This document shows, piece after piece, positions 1 through 9,728 of a DNA stretch of 64,000 nucleotides. A program made the position numbers and the translations under genes. Position 1 is the first letter of the stretch; each line of letters starts with the position of its first letter. Below the pieces are notes generated by a model. It was not told where the DNA came from. It worked only from the letters and a program-made list of their open reading frames with translations, and did not search any database. Origin of the DNA: Anaerolineales bacterium (GTDB taxonomy: Bacteria > Chloroflexota > Anaerolineae > Anaerolineales > Villigracilaceae); the NCBI GenBank assembly GCA_035463255.1, contig DATHTL010000139.1:2279-66278 (forward strand), in the 5' to 3' direction.

Positions 1-192
1 CTGGACGGCTTTCAGTTAACGGAACGATTGAGCCGGAAGATCCCCGATTGTACAGTCGTGATTCTCAGTCTGTATGATGACCTTCAAACTCAAAAAAGGG
101 CATCGCAGGCCGGGGCGTCCTTTGTTGTCAGCAAACTGGAATCAGACGACAAACTGATTGCAGCGATCCGCTCGACATCCACCAAGACTTGA
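1..192 (+). CDS. Response regulator receiver-domain protein, C-terminal part (runs off the window start)
   Basis: Frame 1 reads LDGFQLTERL...VVILSLYDD...AGASFVVSK...LIAAIR, then TGA at 190-192. This is the typical second half of a REC domain. Confidence 0.8.
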   Translation: MDGFQLTERLSRKIPDCTVVILSLYDDLQTQKRASQAGASFVVSKLESDDKLIAAIRSTSTKT

Positions 193-686
193 CTCGTAAT
201 TACGGAGATCCTATGAATTCGAGAAACCCATCCAGACTGCCTGTTGTAGCATTGCTCCTTGTTTACTTAAAACAAGTCTGCTTTCTGGAAAAGTAAATGC
301 GCAGGTGGAATGTAATCAGATTTGTCCCCTCAATCAACACATTTTTCCATCATGGCTTTCTGTGTAATGTATACCTAATCCTTACCTATAAGATTTTGGA
401 ATCAAATTAGCTTACGTTTCTTTGAAAACAGGGCAAAATCGGAGATCAAAGATGATTCGATTCTAAGATCAAGCGAGTTAAAATCGCTTGGTATTATCTC
501 AGATGCTATGCTAGGGGAAAATCGTCAAGCAATGCTGCCAATTATGACGGGGTTGTTCCTTTTTTCGAGAGATTTTGACCCCCAACTGAGTTCATCCCCA
601 TCGTTGTAGACCCATCAGTGATTGCATTCTTCAGCCTGGTTCTCTGTGTAAGGTATACCACAGCTTTACAAGTTCGATCTAAAAAG

Positions 687-727
687 AAAAATAGCCTGTT
701 TTTTGTTGAAAACAGGCTATTTTTTTT
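687..727. terminator. Bidirectional intrinsic terminator downstream of the tRNA-Gly/tRNA-Ile pair
   Basis: AAAAATAGCCTGTTTT-TTGTTG-AAAACAGGCTATTTTTTT hairpin with A/T tails. Confidence 0.75.
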
Positions 728-746
728 CAAGAACGGGGCATTTTTG

Positions 747-819
747 TGGGCCCAGAAGGATTCGAACCTTCGACCAAGCGATTATGAGTCGCCTGCGCTA
801 ACCGCTGCGCCATGGGCCC
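747..819 (-). tRNA. tRNA-Ile2 (CAT anticodon, lysidine type); CCA not encoded
   Basis: Reverse strand GGGCCCATGGCGCAGCGGTTAGCGCAGGCGACTCATAATCGCTTGGTCGAAGGTTCGAATCCTTCTGGGCCCA. The anticodon arm GGCGACTCATAATCGCT matches the ileX type rather than Met/fMet. Confidence 0.9.
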
Positions 820-837
820 AGGTTTTGCTTAAGGAGA

Positions 838-900
838 AAAGTCACAGGTTTAAGGTTCTGATCAAACTTTCTTAAACCTGAAACCTGCGACTTTCAACTT
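838..900. repeat. Inverted array of short (~7-nt) units between the two tRNAs
   Basis: AAAGTCACAGGTTTAAGGTT ... AAACCTGAAACCTGCGACTTT. Confidence 0.55.
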
Positions 901-906
901 CGGCTG

Positions 907-978
907 AGCGGGAGACGGGATTCGAACCCGCGGATATCAGCTTGGAAGGCTGACGCCTTACCACTTGGCGACTCCCGC
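907..978 (-). tRNA. tRNA-Gly (TCC); CCA not encoded
   Basis: Reverse strand GCGGGAGTCGCCAAGTGGTAAGGCGTCAGCCTTCCAAGCTGATATCCGCGGGTTCGAATCCCGTCTCCCGCT forms a cloverleaf with U73. Confidence 0.95.
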
Positions 979-1011
979 GTGCGGACAAAATTTTACCACA
1001 ATCAAGGCTAT

Positions 1012-1045
1012 CGTCATTGCGAGACCCTCGGTCGAAGTAATCTCC
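1012..1045 (+). repeat. CGTC-type palindromic repeat (REP-like)
   Basis: CGTCATTGCGAG-hairpin-CGAAGTAATCTCC resembles the CGTCATTGCGAG...GAAGCAATC family. A possible degenerate inverted partner lies at about 1503-1549. Confidence 0.5.
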
Positions 1046-1060
1046 GATTTCACAGGGACA

Positions 1061-1483
1061 TTACAGTCCGTTTGCCTGTTCTGATTTGATTTCATTCAGC
1101 CGCTCGAGCAGCCGGCGGACATAGCCTTTTTCGATCATTGCCCCCCAGTGACCGTCAGAGAAGCGCTCGCCGCGTACACAGAATGTCAGCATGCTCTTGA
1201 TCTGAGGTAGAGACGCAGCTTTGACCACCTGTTCATCTTTCAGCATTTGATAGGCTTGCTCGGGATTGTATTCATAATCGAGCCAGCCATCGCTGGATAC
1301 ATGACCGAAGAATTCTTCGACAAGCGGATCGTACTTAGGGTAAGGAAGTGAATAGGAACCATCCTTGTTTTTTCCGCCGCCCTCCCAGGTGACAATGGGC
1401 GAGAAGCCTGCTGCATAGAGGCGCGGCAGGAAGGCTGTCAACGCTTCGATTTCCTGCAGGGCGGGAAGGCGAGTTGGTTTCAT
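1061..1483 (-). CDS. DUF6508-like hypothetical protein
   Basis: 140 aa with C-terminal LTFCVRGERFSDGHWGAMIEKGYVRRLLERL motif. Confidence 0.65.
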   Translation of the reverse strand: MKPTRLPALQEIEALTAFLPRLYAAGFSPIVTWEGGGKNKDGSYSLPYPKYDPLVEEFFGHVSSDGWLDYEYNPEQAYQMLKDEQVVKAASLPQIKSMLTFCVRGERFSDGHWGAMIEKGYVRRLLERLNEIKSEQANGL

Positions 1484-1551
1484 AAGAGATGGAGTGAACT
1501 GAGCAGATTGCGTTATCGCCGCGCTTCATTCGCGAAGCACTCAGTGTGAGG

Positions 1552-3015
1552 TCATCGTTGATACGGATACCAGTAGGATTTATCCTCCAGATGAAAATCC
1601 CAGTGGACGTGCTTGGTTTCGCGGAACTCGTCGAGGCCCTCGATGCCGAGCTCGCGCGCGCCGCCGGAATATTTCATCCCGCCAAACGGACCGGCGTAAT
1701 TATCGGTCAGCGGGTCGTTGATCCAGATCGTCCCGGCTTTGACATCTTCGAAGAAGGTCTTGATCTTCCGCGGATCTTCGGAAAGCAGGACCGCGCCCAG
1801 GCCGTATGGAGAATCGTTCACCAGGTCGATCGCTTCCTCAAACGACGTGTATTCCATCAACGGCACGGCGGGACCGAACGTCTCCTCGCGCATGATCAGC
1901 ATGGAATGATCCACGCCAGTCAGTACGGTCGGCTCGTAGAACCAGCCTCTGGCAAAATCCTTCGGGCGCTTTCCACCGGTCAGGATCTGAGCGCCGCGGG
2001 TACGCGCCTCCTCCACATGCGATTCGATCTTGGCGCGATAGGAATCGCCGATCATCGGGCCTACGTCTGTGGCAGGCTCCAAGCCCGAGCCTAAGCGCAG
2101 GGACTTTACATGCTCGACGATCGCCTCGGTAAATCGCTTTGCTTTGGGTTTCGGAATATAGACGCGCTCCGTGCTGGTGCATACCTGTCCTGTGTTAAGC
2201 AGTGCGGCGTATGCCACAGCTTTAGCGGCAAGCTCCGGGTCGGCATCTTCAGCGATCACCGTGGCATCTTTGCCGCCCAGCTCGAGGTGCAGCTTCTTCA
2301 TCATCGGCGCGGCATGAGCGGCGATCCGTTGGCCGGTGGCCAGGCTCCCCGTAAAGGCAATCACAGGGACGTCAGGATGCTTCACTAGTGGCTCACCCGC
2401 CTCTGCGCCAAACCCTGTGACGACATTGAGCACGCCTACGGGCAGATCGTCGAAGCAGTGTTCCGCCATGTATAAAGCCGTCAGCGGTGTCATCTCGCTG
2501 GGCTTGATGACCACGGTATTCCCTGCCGCAAGCGCAGGTGCAACCTTCCAGGCCATGAGCAGCAACGGATAATTCCACGGCACGATGCAGCCCACCACGC
2601 CATAGGGCTCTTTCAAGATAAAGTTAAATTGTGAAGCTTCCCCCGGAGGGATTACCCGACCACGGTCATGTCGTCCCAGCTCGGCATAATAATCAAAGGT
2701 GTTGGCGACCCATTCCAGCTCTTCCTCATTTTCGGAGATCGGTTTGCCTTCTTCCAGAGTCAGCAGCCGAACAATCTCATCTTTATGACTCCTGACGTTC
2801 GTAGCAATCTCATGCAATAGACTCGTCCGCTCGTTGGCGCCCAACTTCCGCCAGGGCTGGAACGCCATCTTACCGGAACGGACGGCTGCATCCACATCCT
2901 CAGCTGTCCCACGCGGGACCGTATCGAGCACTTCCTCCGTCGCGGGATTTGTGACTTCGATCTCTTCACTGGCACTGCCTTTTGTAAATTCACCGTTAAT
3001 GTACATGAGTCTCAT
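1552..3015 (-). CDS. NAD(P)-dependent aldehyde dehydrogenase (betaine-aldehyde-like family)
   Basis: Motifs PWNYP, KPSE, FTGS, LELGGK, catalytic GQVCT, EETFGP, PFGGMKYSG. Confidence 0.95.
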   Translation of the reverse strand: MRLMYINGEFTKGSASEEIEVTNPATEEVLDTVPRGTAEDVDAAVRSGKMAFQPWRKLGANERTSLLHEIATNVRSHKDEIVRLLTLEEGKPISENEEELEWVANTFDYYAELGRHDRGRVIPPGEASQFNFILKEPYGVVGCIVPWNYPLLLMAWKVAPALAAGNTVVIKPSEMTPLTALYMAEHCFDDLPVGVLNVVTGFGAEAGEPLVKHPDVPVIAFTGSLATGQRIAAHAAPMMKKLHLELGGKDATVIAEDADPELAAKAVAYAALLNTGQVCTSTERVYIPKPKAKRFTEAIVEHVKSLRLGSGLEPATDVGPMIGDSYRAKIESHVEEARTRGAQILTGGKRPKDFARGWFYEPTVLTGVDHSMLIMREETFGPAVPLMEYTSFEEAIDLVNDSPYGLGAVLLSEDPRKIKTFFEDVKAGTIWINDPLTDNYAGPFGGMKYSGGARELGIEGLDEFRETKHVHWDFHLEDKSYWYPYQR

Positions 3016-3024
3016 AATGCACCT

Positions 3025-4260
3025 CTATGCGGATTTTACATCAATCTTTTGCAACAAAAACACACTTAGAAGCATACAGACCGCCCCGAAGACGAATAAT
3101 CCTTTATAGCCAACCCATAGGCCGGGCCAGGCGGCATTCAACCCATCCAGGGCGGGACCTTCGAGCCGCGCGATAGCAGCAGAACCGGCCGTAGCCAGAT
3201 TGGTCAGCCCGAGATATTTGCCCGCTTCTTCGCCCGGGGCGAGCACGTTGGCCAGCGCCCAGTTGGAGGTGAGAAAGAGTCCGATCCCCGCACCGAGCAC
3301 ACTGCCAAAGATGAGCAATCCACGCATGTCTGTGGCAAACAGCATCAGAAACATCCCGAGGGCGGCGATCAACGTGCCGATCGCGAGGATGCGCTTTGCG
3401 CCATATTTGTCCGTTAGCCAGCCTCCGATGAGGACAAGGACGACCAGGGTAATTGTTAATGCTGCTAATAAATCACCGGTTTGTTTGGGAGGATCCGGGA
3501 CGCGCAGCACATCCTGTAAATAGTATTGGGCAAACGTCTGCACGCCGTAAATGCCGATCAAAAATAACAAACGTTCTCCGATCAGCCACCAGTAAGAGGA
3601 ATTCTCAGCAAAATTGATGCGGAATTGAGTGAGCAGGGACTTCCAGTCTGTGCGCACATTGCGGTGCGTTGATGCTTCTCGCACACCGATGAAAGTAATT
3701 GCCGCAGAAACCGCCAGCAGCCCCATTACAACTAACATGATGCGGGTGGGATCTCTGGTCACGGGATCCAGCAGGCGTCCCGCGAGCAGCGAGGCGATGA
3801 TCAGCGACAACATATCCATGAAGGTCTTCAACGAGGAAGCGACTCCTAATTGCGTCGGTGGGACACGGTCCGGCAGCAGGCCCTGCATGGGGCCGTGCGC
3901 GATGTTCGAGCTGAACTGCAAACCAACGTAACCGATGAACAGCCACGTCAGCCCACCTGCCCAGGCTAGAATGGAGAGGAAGACAAAATCAAACAATGTC
4001 CCCAGGATTGCCAGCGGACGTCTGCGCCCGAAGCGCGATGTCCAACTATCGGAAAGCGCGCCGGTGATCGGCTGAACGAACATGGCAATGATCAGGCCGA
4101 CAAACGTGAGCAATCCGAGGTACGTATTCTTTTTGGCATCCGGGACGTAGTTGAGCAGAACGGCCGGTAACAGGATAGGATGGATCACACTCCACATGAA
4201 CGAAAGTCCGACCCAGTAGGCGTTCAGGACCAGAAGCTGCACAACACTTAGTTTCTTCAA
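3025..4260 (-). CDS. MFS transporter
   Basis: About 12 hydrophobic helices; motif A GALSDSWTSRFGRRRP and GWLTDKYGAKR. Confidence 0.9.
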   Translation of the reverse strand: MKKLSVVQLLVLNAYWVGLSFMWSVIHPILLPAVLLNYVPDAKKNTYLGLLTFVGLIIAMFVQPITGALSDSWTSRFGRRRPLAILGTLFDFVFLSILAWAGGLTWLFIGYVGLQFSSNIAHGPMQGLLPDRVPPTQLGVASSLKTFMDMLSLIIASLLAGRLLDPVTRDPTRIMLVVMGLLAVSAAITFIGVREASTHRNVRTDWKSLLTQFRINFAENSSYWWLIGERLLFLIGIYGVQTFAQYYLQDVLRVPDPPKQTGDLLAALTITLVVLVLIGGWLTDKYGAKRILAIGTLIAALGMFLMLFATDMRGLLIFGSVLGAGIGLFLTSNWALANVLAPGEEAGKYLGLTNLATAGSAAIARLEGPALDGLNAAWPGLWVGYKGLFVFGAVCMLLSVFLLQKIDVKSA

Positions 4261-5009
4261 GCGAATTCTCCTCGCAGGTGAGATGGCAATAAGCAGGCAA
4301 TCTTTTCCATGATGATGCGCGCGGCTCGCTCATCTTTTTCATCAGACGATAATTCCCCTGGAACCTTTAATTCATACCGCTCACCAAAATGGATGTGAAA
4401 TTTTCCATCTGCTTCATAGGCGCCCACAGGGATGAGCTTCAAACCGGCCCGGGCGAGTAACAGCGCGAATCTTCCCGCACCGGCAGGAGGTCGCGTCAGA
4501 ACGCCTTCCGGCGGATCATACCCCTCCGGCGCGAGCCCGATGATGGGATCCTTCGCACGCTTTACATACCTCAATACGGCCCGGACAGCTGCGGCGCGCG
4601 CTTCCATATCTCCCGGACGCGGCGGCATGGGTGGCATGTTTGTAAAACCGTAAACATAAGCAGTGCGGCTCAACAGGATACGAGAACCGATCGCCCCTAA
4701 CGTCCGATACCATTTGCCCGAATTCGTCCATTCAGCCGTCATGATCCAATGCATCTGTTCCGGAACGACCCCGGCGATGGCAAGCGTAAGCCACTGTGCA
4801 CCGAATCCCAGGCGATAGTAATGATTCACGGTAAGAACACAGGGTCCGTGCTGCGGGATATTCTCTTTGCCTAACACCCACATGGGTGGACGCAAGTGTT
4901 CAATACAGGCTTTGGCATCCTGATGAAAATCGCGACGACGCAAAAGAACGATGTCGCGTGCAACTTTTGCAAATAAGCCTCGTGGATAGGAATACTTCGG
5001 TATATTCAT
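4257..5009 (-). CDS. PlsC-family (lysophospholipid) acyltransferase
   Basis: GKENIP...VNHY and LAPEG motifs. Start taken at ATG 5009 (MNIPKY); the ORF track extends to 5126. Confidence 0.75.
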   Translation of the reverse strand: MNIPKYSYPRGLFAKVARDIVLLRRRDFHQDAKACIEHLRPPMWVLGKENIPQHGPCVLTVNHYYRLGFGAQWLTLAIAGVVPEQMHWIMTAEWTNSGKWYRTLGAIGSRILLSRTAYVYGFTNMPPMPPRPGDMEARAAAVRAVLRYVKRAKDPIIGLAPEGYDPPEGVLTRPPAGAGRFALLLARAGLKLIPVGAYEADGKFHIHFGERYELKVPGELSSDEKDERAARIIMEKIACLLPSHLRGEFA

Positions 5010-5085
5010 AAACGAAATCCCGCAGGTTTCGATGAATGTTCTATCAATGAACCTGCGGGATGATTTTATTGTAAAGCAACCCCAG

Positions 5086-5796
5086 TTAGTCTGTGGAATG
5101 GTCTTTCGGAGACTGTGACTCTTCAATCAACTCGGGCGGCGTCGCCGCGCCACAGGCAGGACAGGCATAGTTCTGCTCGGCAGGCACATAAGAACGCCCA
5201 CAATAGGGACAATCGATTGCCCGAGGTGCAACTGGCACTTCCACTTCCTTTACAACCTCGCGCGTCACTTCGCGCGTGTGCGTCCGGCCAGGTCCGCCCA
5301 ACACGACCAGCGGCCCAAGATCGGGCAAATCCACGCGACCCGACGAAGAGGGAACGTTCCTCGCCTCCACCTTGGTCTTGCCAGACGATTTCTTCTTCGA
5401 GGAAGATTCTGGAAGTCCCTTTCCCGAGCCAAGCACGAAGAACAGCACGGCCACGATCACAACGGCGGCAACCGTTAGAAACACGATGATGACTGTCAAC
5501 CGTATCGCTCGCGGGATGTTATAGAGCTCATAGCCATAACTGAACAGAAACACCCCGCCCACATAGAACGGAGCCAGCAAGGCGATCAAAAGTAGGCCGG
5601 TGTTTTGAGGCAGTTCACCTTCAAACCATGTTAAATAGGCCACCAGGACGATGACCGCCAGCGCAGCCAGCGCCACCAATCCACCGGGGATCAGGATATG
5701 CAAGGGCTTGCCAGGCAAAGCCTCATTGTGGTCATAATTGATCACTTCCTGGGTCTTTGCGCTAACTTCTCTGGCTCGATACTGTGATTGGGGCAT
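5086..5796 (-). CDS. Membrane protein with C-terminal zinc ribbon
   Basis: Three TM helices followed by CPYC...CPAC. Confidence 0.7.
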   Translation of the reverse strand: MPQSQYRAREVSAKTQEVINYDHNEALPGKPLHILIPGGLVALAALAVIVLVAYLTWFEGELPQNTGLLLIALLAPFYVGGVFLFSYGYELYNIPRAIRLTVIIVFLTVAAVVIVAVLFFVLGSGKGLPESSSKKKSSGKTKVEARNVPSSSGRVDLPDLGPLVVLGGPGRTHTREVTREVVKEVEVPVAPRAIDCPYCGRSYVPAEQNYACPACGAATPPELIEESQSPKDHSTD

Positions 5797-5814
5797 GATT
5801 TTCCTCTGCGCTTC

Positions 5815-5960
5815 GTTGGTCGAGACGCAAGCGTCGAAACCAACAGTTTACTGGGCTATTCTCGTAACGAAAGTTGCCTGACTTACCAGTGGTTTCGACA
5901 CCTGCACTTGCATGCGGGTACAAGTGTACGCCCTCGGCGAACACTCAGGGCTACTCAACC
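5815..5960. repeat. Inverted doublet of the GGTTGAGTAG...TATCGAAACC repeat (copy A), with a nested hairpin insertion
   Basis: GTTGGTCGAGACGCAAGCGTCGAAACCAAC (5815-5844) and GGTTTCGA[28-nt insert]TACGCCC...GGGCTACTCAACC (5891-5960). Confidence 0.75.
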
Positions 5961-5983
5961 GCCGGCTTAATCTATCTACGCAT

Positions 5984-6955
5984 CTACCAGGCAAACGCCT
6001 CAGGCGATTCGCCTTTGGGGCCGGGCCATATTTCATTCAGCCGGTCCATTTGTTCCTTGTTGAATTTTATCTCAATGGCCCGCAAACTTTCGGTCAGCTG
6101 ATCCATCTTGCGCGGACCGACGATCGGGGCAGTCACGACCGGGTTAGCCAGTAGCCAGGCCAGAGCCACATTGGCAGGGATCTCGCCCATTTCCTTACAG
6201 AACTCCTCATACTGGCTGATCTGGGCAGCATATTTCTCCATCTCCTTTGAGACGCCTTCTTCGCCGCGCCGCCCCGCGGACTCCTTGCCGCGTGCGCCGG
6301 CCAGCAGGCCGCTCGCCAGGGGACTCCAGGGGATTACGCCCAGGCCATACTCGCGACAGGCTGGGATCACGTCCATTTCAGCGGTGCGGACCTTCAGATT
6401 ATAGAGGCACTGCTCGCTAACCAGTCCCATAAAGTGACGAGACTTTGCGAGCTCATTGGCCCGGGCAATATGCCAGCCCGCAAAGTTGGACGAGCCCACA
6501 TACAAAACCTTGCCCTGCTGCACGAGCACTTCCATGGCCTGCCAGACCTCCTCCCAGGGCGTATTCCGGTCGATGTGATGCATCTGGTAGAGATCGATAT
6601 AGTCCGTTTGGAGGCGCTTGAGGGAACCCTCCACTGCGTGGCGGATGCTCAAGGCGGAGAGACGCGATTGATTTGGCCAATCCCCCATGGTGCCATAGAC
6701 CTTTGTCGCGAGCACCGTTTTTTCCCGCCTTCCGCCGCCCTGCGCAAACCAACGGCCGACAATTTGCTCGGTCCAGCCCTCCCCTTTTTTCCAGCCATAG
6801 GTATTGGCGGTATCGAAGAAATTGATGCCAAGCTCGTGTGCCTTATCCATGATGGCAAATGAATCTTCCTCAGTCGTCTTCGGGCCGAAGTTCATTGTCC
6901 CTAGACACAACCGGGACACTTTCAATCCCGTGCGGCCAAGTTGAGTGTATTCCAT
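5984..6955 (-). CDS. Aldo/keto reductase
   Basis: LGRTGLKVSRLCLGTMNFG, DTANTY, LATKV, DYIDLYQMH, WSPLA. Confidence 0.95.
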   Translation of the reverse strand: MEYTQLGRTGLKVSRLCLGTMNFGPKTTEEDSFAIMDKAHELGINFFDTANTYGWKKGEGWTEQIVGRWFAQGGGRREKTVLATKVYGTMGDWPNQSRLSALSIRHAVEGSLKRLQTDYIDLYQMHHIDRNTPWEEVWQAMEVLVQQGKVLYVGSSNFAGWHIARANELAKSRHFMGLVSEQCLYNLKVRTAEMDVIPACREYGLGVIPWSPLASGLLAGARGKESAGRRGEEGVSKEMEKYAAQISQYEEFCKEMGEIPANVALAWLLANPVVTAPIVGPRKMDQLTESLRAIEIKFNKEQMDRLNEIWPGPKGESPEAFAW

Positions 6956-7016
6956 CCTTCCTCCAAAGAATTGATATATTAACTAATCCCCACACCACTA
7001 ATGATTGAACACAAAA

Positions 7017-8420
7017 TCAATTGTTCAAATCTTCTGCCGTGTCGTCCATTTGTTTTAAGATCAATGGCACCTGTCCCTCGGTGAGATCGGGGTGTCGGAT
7101 TGTATCGAACATATCGCGAAAACCATCGGTGAGCATAACCCGCACAACCCGCCACGAAGCCAGTTGAGGAGTGATTTGCCCTTCCGGAAGCAGTCGTACA
7201 GCCTCGGCCCATTGTGGGTGAGTTGCCGAATAATCGGCAAGCAATTGCATAGTCGAGTCTCGCACCGGGAAGAGCCCTGTGCTTTGAACCCAGCGCGCCT
7301 GGTTCTCGGCAGAGAGCATCCAGCGTATGAAGAGCCAGGAGGCTAGTTGGGTCACATCATCTGACTGGAGCATGATGAACGATGAACCATACACGATCAG
7401 TGCATCGCGTTCGTCGCCGGGGAACTTCAGTACCGTCCACTCATCGGAATTGCTCGCGGCAGAAAAGGCGCGCGTTTGATCGGGCAGATCTTCCAGGCTC
7501 GCGGTGATGAACAAAGCCTGGCGCGCGGCGAAGCGCTCTGGCACAGAAAGGTCTGGCGAGGCAACCCAGGCGCAGTTCTTCTGCTGCAATATCTTCACGA
7601 ACCGGAACGCCGCGATATTTCCGGGTGTCAGGAAGCGATAGCCGTCCTCCTCCTGCACGCCACCGCCGAACGCGATCATCCACGAGAGCGGAGTCATAGC
7701 ATGGGTATCGATCAGCCAGCCGCCCAGCGCGTCGTTGTTCGAATCCGCATCTGCACCCAGTGCCTCATGCGCGACACAGGCTTGCTGCTCAAACTCGACC
7801 GAGGTCGCGGGCGGGGAGTCAAAACCAAGCTCGCGCGCCCAGCTTTGATTATAGAGCAGGAAGCGGGCCGTCCGTTGCGCGGGAACTGCAAGGCGTTTGC
7901 CGTCCACCTCATCCTGGTTCCAGATCACGGTCGGGAATTCAGAAATTTCAAACGGATTCCAGCCATACTCCGGATCGCTCACGTATGGCTTTAGGTCCAC
8001 AATATGATCCTGCCACTCCAGGGCGTGCTCGGGGAACGCGATCACGACCTGTGGATAGCTCGATGCCTCGATCGCTGCCTCTGTTTGCAAAAATAACTCA
8101 CCGTAATTTCCCATGCTCTCGCCCGAGACGACGATGCCCCACTCATTCTTGGTGTTGAATTCCGCCACCTGTGACTCAAAGAGGCTTGCCTCCGCGCCAA
8201 ACCATGGATGCCAGACGGTCACCTGCGCGCCGCGCAACGCCTCTTTGTCCACCTTCAAGCTGCTCACCGCCGGAACAGGTGTATTCGTCGCCGACGCAAC
8301 CTCCGTTGCGCTTGGACGCGGAGTCTGCGTGCTGGCCGCCGGAGACACGACAGGCGCACAGGCGGACAGGAGGAACAGGGCTGAAGAGATGGCGATGCAA
8401 ACGTTGCTGATCAACGACAT
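7017..8420 (-). CDS. Extracellular solute-binding lipoprotein (sugar ABC family 1)
   Basis: ATG at 8420 overlaps the upstream stop (TAATG). Lipobox LLSAC, Pro/Thr linker, then VTVWHPW. Confidence 0.85.
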   Translation of the reverse strand: MSLISNVCIAISSALFLLSACAPVVSPAASTQTPRPSATEVASATNTPVPAVSSLKVDKEALRGAQVTVWHPWFGAEASLFESQVAEFNTKNEWGIVVSGESMGNYGELFLQTEAAIEASSYPQVVIAFPEHALEWQDHIVDLKPYVSDPEYGWNPFEISEFPTVIWNQDEVDGKRLAVPAQRTARFLLYNQSWARELGFDSPPATSVEFEQQACVAHEALGADADSNNDALGGWLIDTHAMTPLSWMIAFGGGVQEEDGYRFLTPGNIAAFRFVKILQQKNCAWVASPDLSVPERFAARQALFITASLEDLPDQTRAFSAASNSDEWTVLKFPGDERDALIVYGSSFIMLQSDDVTQLASWLFIRWMLSAENQARWVQSTGLFPVRDSTMQLLADYSATHPQWAEAVRLLPEGQITPQLASWRVVRVMLTDGFRDMFDTIRHPDLTEGQVPLILKQMDDTAEDLNN

Positions 8421-9652
8421 TAGTAGGTTACCATCGGGATGGGAGTAAAGAGCAAGACGAAGAGAATAAGCATAAAGAAGCCAAGAGCGCGGCGCCCGCC
8501 ATCCAGGGGCGTAATGTCGTCCAGTGGCTGCGTGCGCACGTTGCCTAACCAGAACAGAATGAAGACCCACAAAAGCCAGCTATAGTTAACCGCGCCGAGG
8601 GAAAACGTCAGCAGCGAGGGCAGAAAACTAAAGGCAACCAGCACGGCAAGAGCGACAGGGAATATTTTGCGGGCCTTCTCACCAAATAAGCCATAAGCGA
8701 CATGGCCACCATCCAGAGTCCCAACCGGGATCAGGTTCAATGCGGTCACGAGCAATCCTGCCCAGCCTGCCAAGGCCACCGGGTCAAGCTGCACATCCAA
8801 CCCATTGAAGGGAACAGGCTGGCCGGTGAAGAAATAGCGCAGCCAGTACATGGCCGGGGTCAAGCCGTCCATCGTGACCGGTTCGGGCAACAATCTTCCA
8901 AACACCACATACTTGGAAAATAAATAAAACAATGAGTTGCCCTCCAGGAAGCCAGCCGTGCCCGGAGCGGCATGCCCGATCGGGCCCAAGTTTGAAATCG
9001 AAAGCCCTATGAAGAGCACAGGGACAGCGATCACCAATCCCGCCAGTGGACCGGCAACACCCACGTCGAACAGCACGCGCTTATTTTTTGGAATGCCGCG
9101 CATCATAATGAAGGCGCCCAGCGTTCCTAACGGGCTGATCAATGGCGCAGGCAAAAAGAACGGCAGTGTGGCAGGCACGTTGTAATAACGGCACATGATG
9201 TAATGTCCCATTTCGTGGGCGAGCAGAATACCCATCATACTCAGCGCAAACGGCCAGCCCGTCCAGATATTTCGGAGCAGAAGTTGGACAATGGATGAAT
9301 CATTGGCCGCAACGGCTTCAGGCGGAATATCCACGCCCATCAGCATCATGCTAAATACGGTGAGAATGAAGAGGATGATATTGATCAGCAGCCGAGAGGT
9401 AATCCTGGGGATGGGCAGGCTGGTTACCAGGTAAATGAGCTGTTTGTTTCCCTGCTCTTTTCGAAAGAGTGGCGTGATGTTGTATGGACGCAAAGCATCC
9501 GCCAGTTGATCATAGGCGGCGGCCGTATCCTCATTCAACAAATAGCCGCGATAACGAGCAATCCATTCCTTTGGATTCCCCACAGTGACATCTTCATAGC
9601 GAAAGATTCGGGATACCTGACTGTTAAGAAAATCGATCTCAGGTAAGGTCAT
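8420..9652 (-). CDS. Site-2 protease (peptidase M50) family
   Basis: HEMGH, AGPLAG and NLIPVGTLDGGH motifs; multiple TM helices. Start MTLPEI. Confidence 0.92.
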   Translation of the reverse strand: MTLPEIDFLNSQVSRIFRYEDVTVGNPKEWIARYRGYLLNEDTAAAYDQLADALRPYNITPLFRKEQGNKQLIYLVTSLPIPRITSRLLINIILFILTVFSMMLMGVDIPPEAVAANDSSIVQLLLRNIWTGWPFALSMMGILLAHEMGHYIMCRYYNVPATLPFFLPAPLISPLGTLGAFIMMRGIPKNKRVLFDVGVAGPLAGLVIAVPVLFIGLSISNLGPIGHAAPGTAGFLEGNSLFYLFSKYVVFGRLLPEPVTMDGLTPAMYWLRYFFTGQPVPFNGLDVQLDPVALAGWAGLLVTALNLIPVGTLDGGHVAYGLFGEKARKIFPVALAVLVAFSFLPSLLTFSLGAVNYSWLLWVFILFWLGNVRTQPLDDITPLDGGRRALGFFMLILFVLLFTPIPMVTY

Positions 9653-9674
9653 AAGTCTCCTAGATGGGACCATA

Positions 9675-9719
9675 GACCGTAGACGGTGGACAATGGTCTA
9701 TTGTCCACCGTCTACGGTC
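9675..9719. repeat. Perfect 20-bp inverted repeat built from 7-mer units; probable selC terminator or processing hairpin
   Basis: GACCGTAGACGGTGGACAAT-GGTCT-ATTGTCCACCGTCTACGGTC. Confidence 0.8.
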
Positions 9720-9728
9720 GAGAAGAGG

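Noticed and set aside
604-626. Possible duplicated tRNA-Ile 3' end (TTGTAGACCCATCAG vs TTGTGGGCCCAGAAG)
   Set aside because: Similarity is too low to separate from chance.
747-819. tRNA-Met or tRNA-fMet
   Set aside because: No C1:A72 mismatch or GGG/CCC anticodon stem; the anticodon arm matches tRNA-Ile2.
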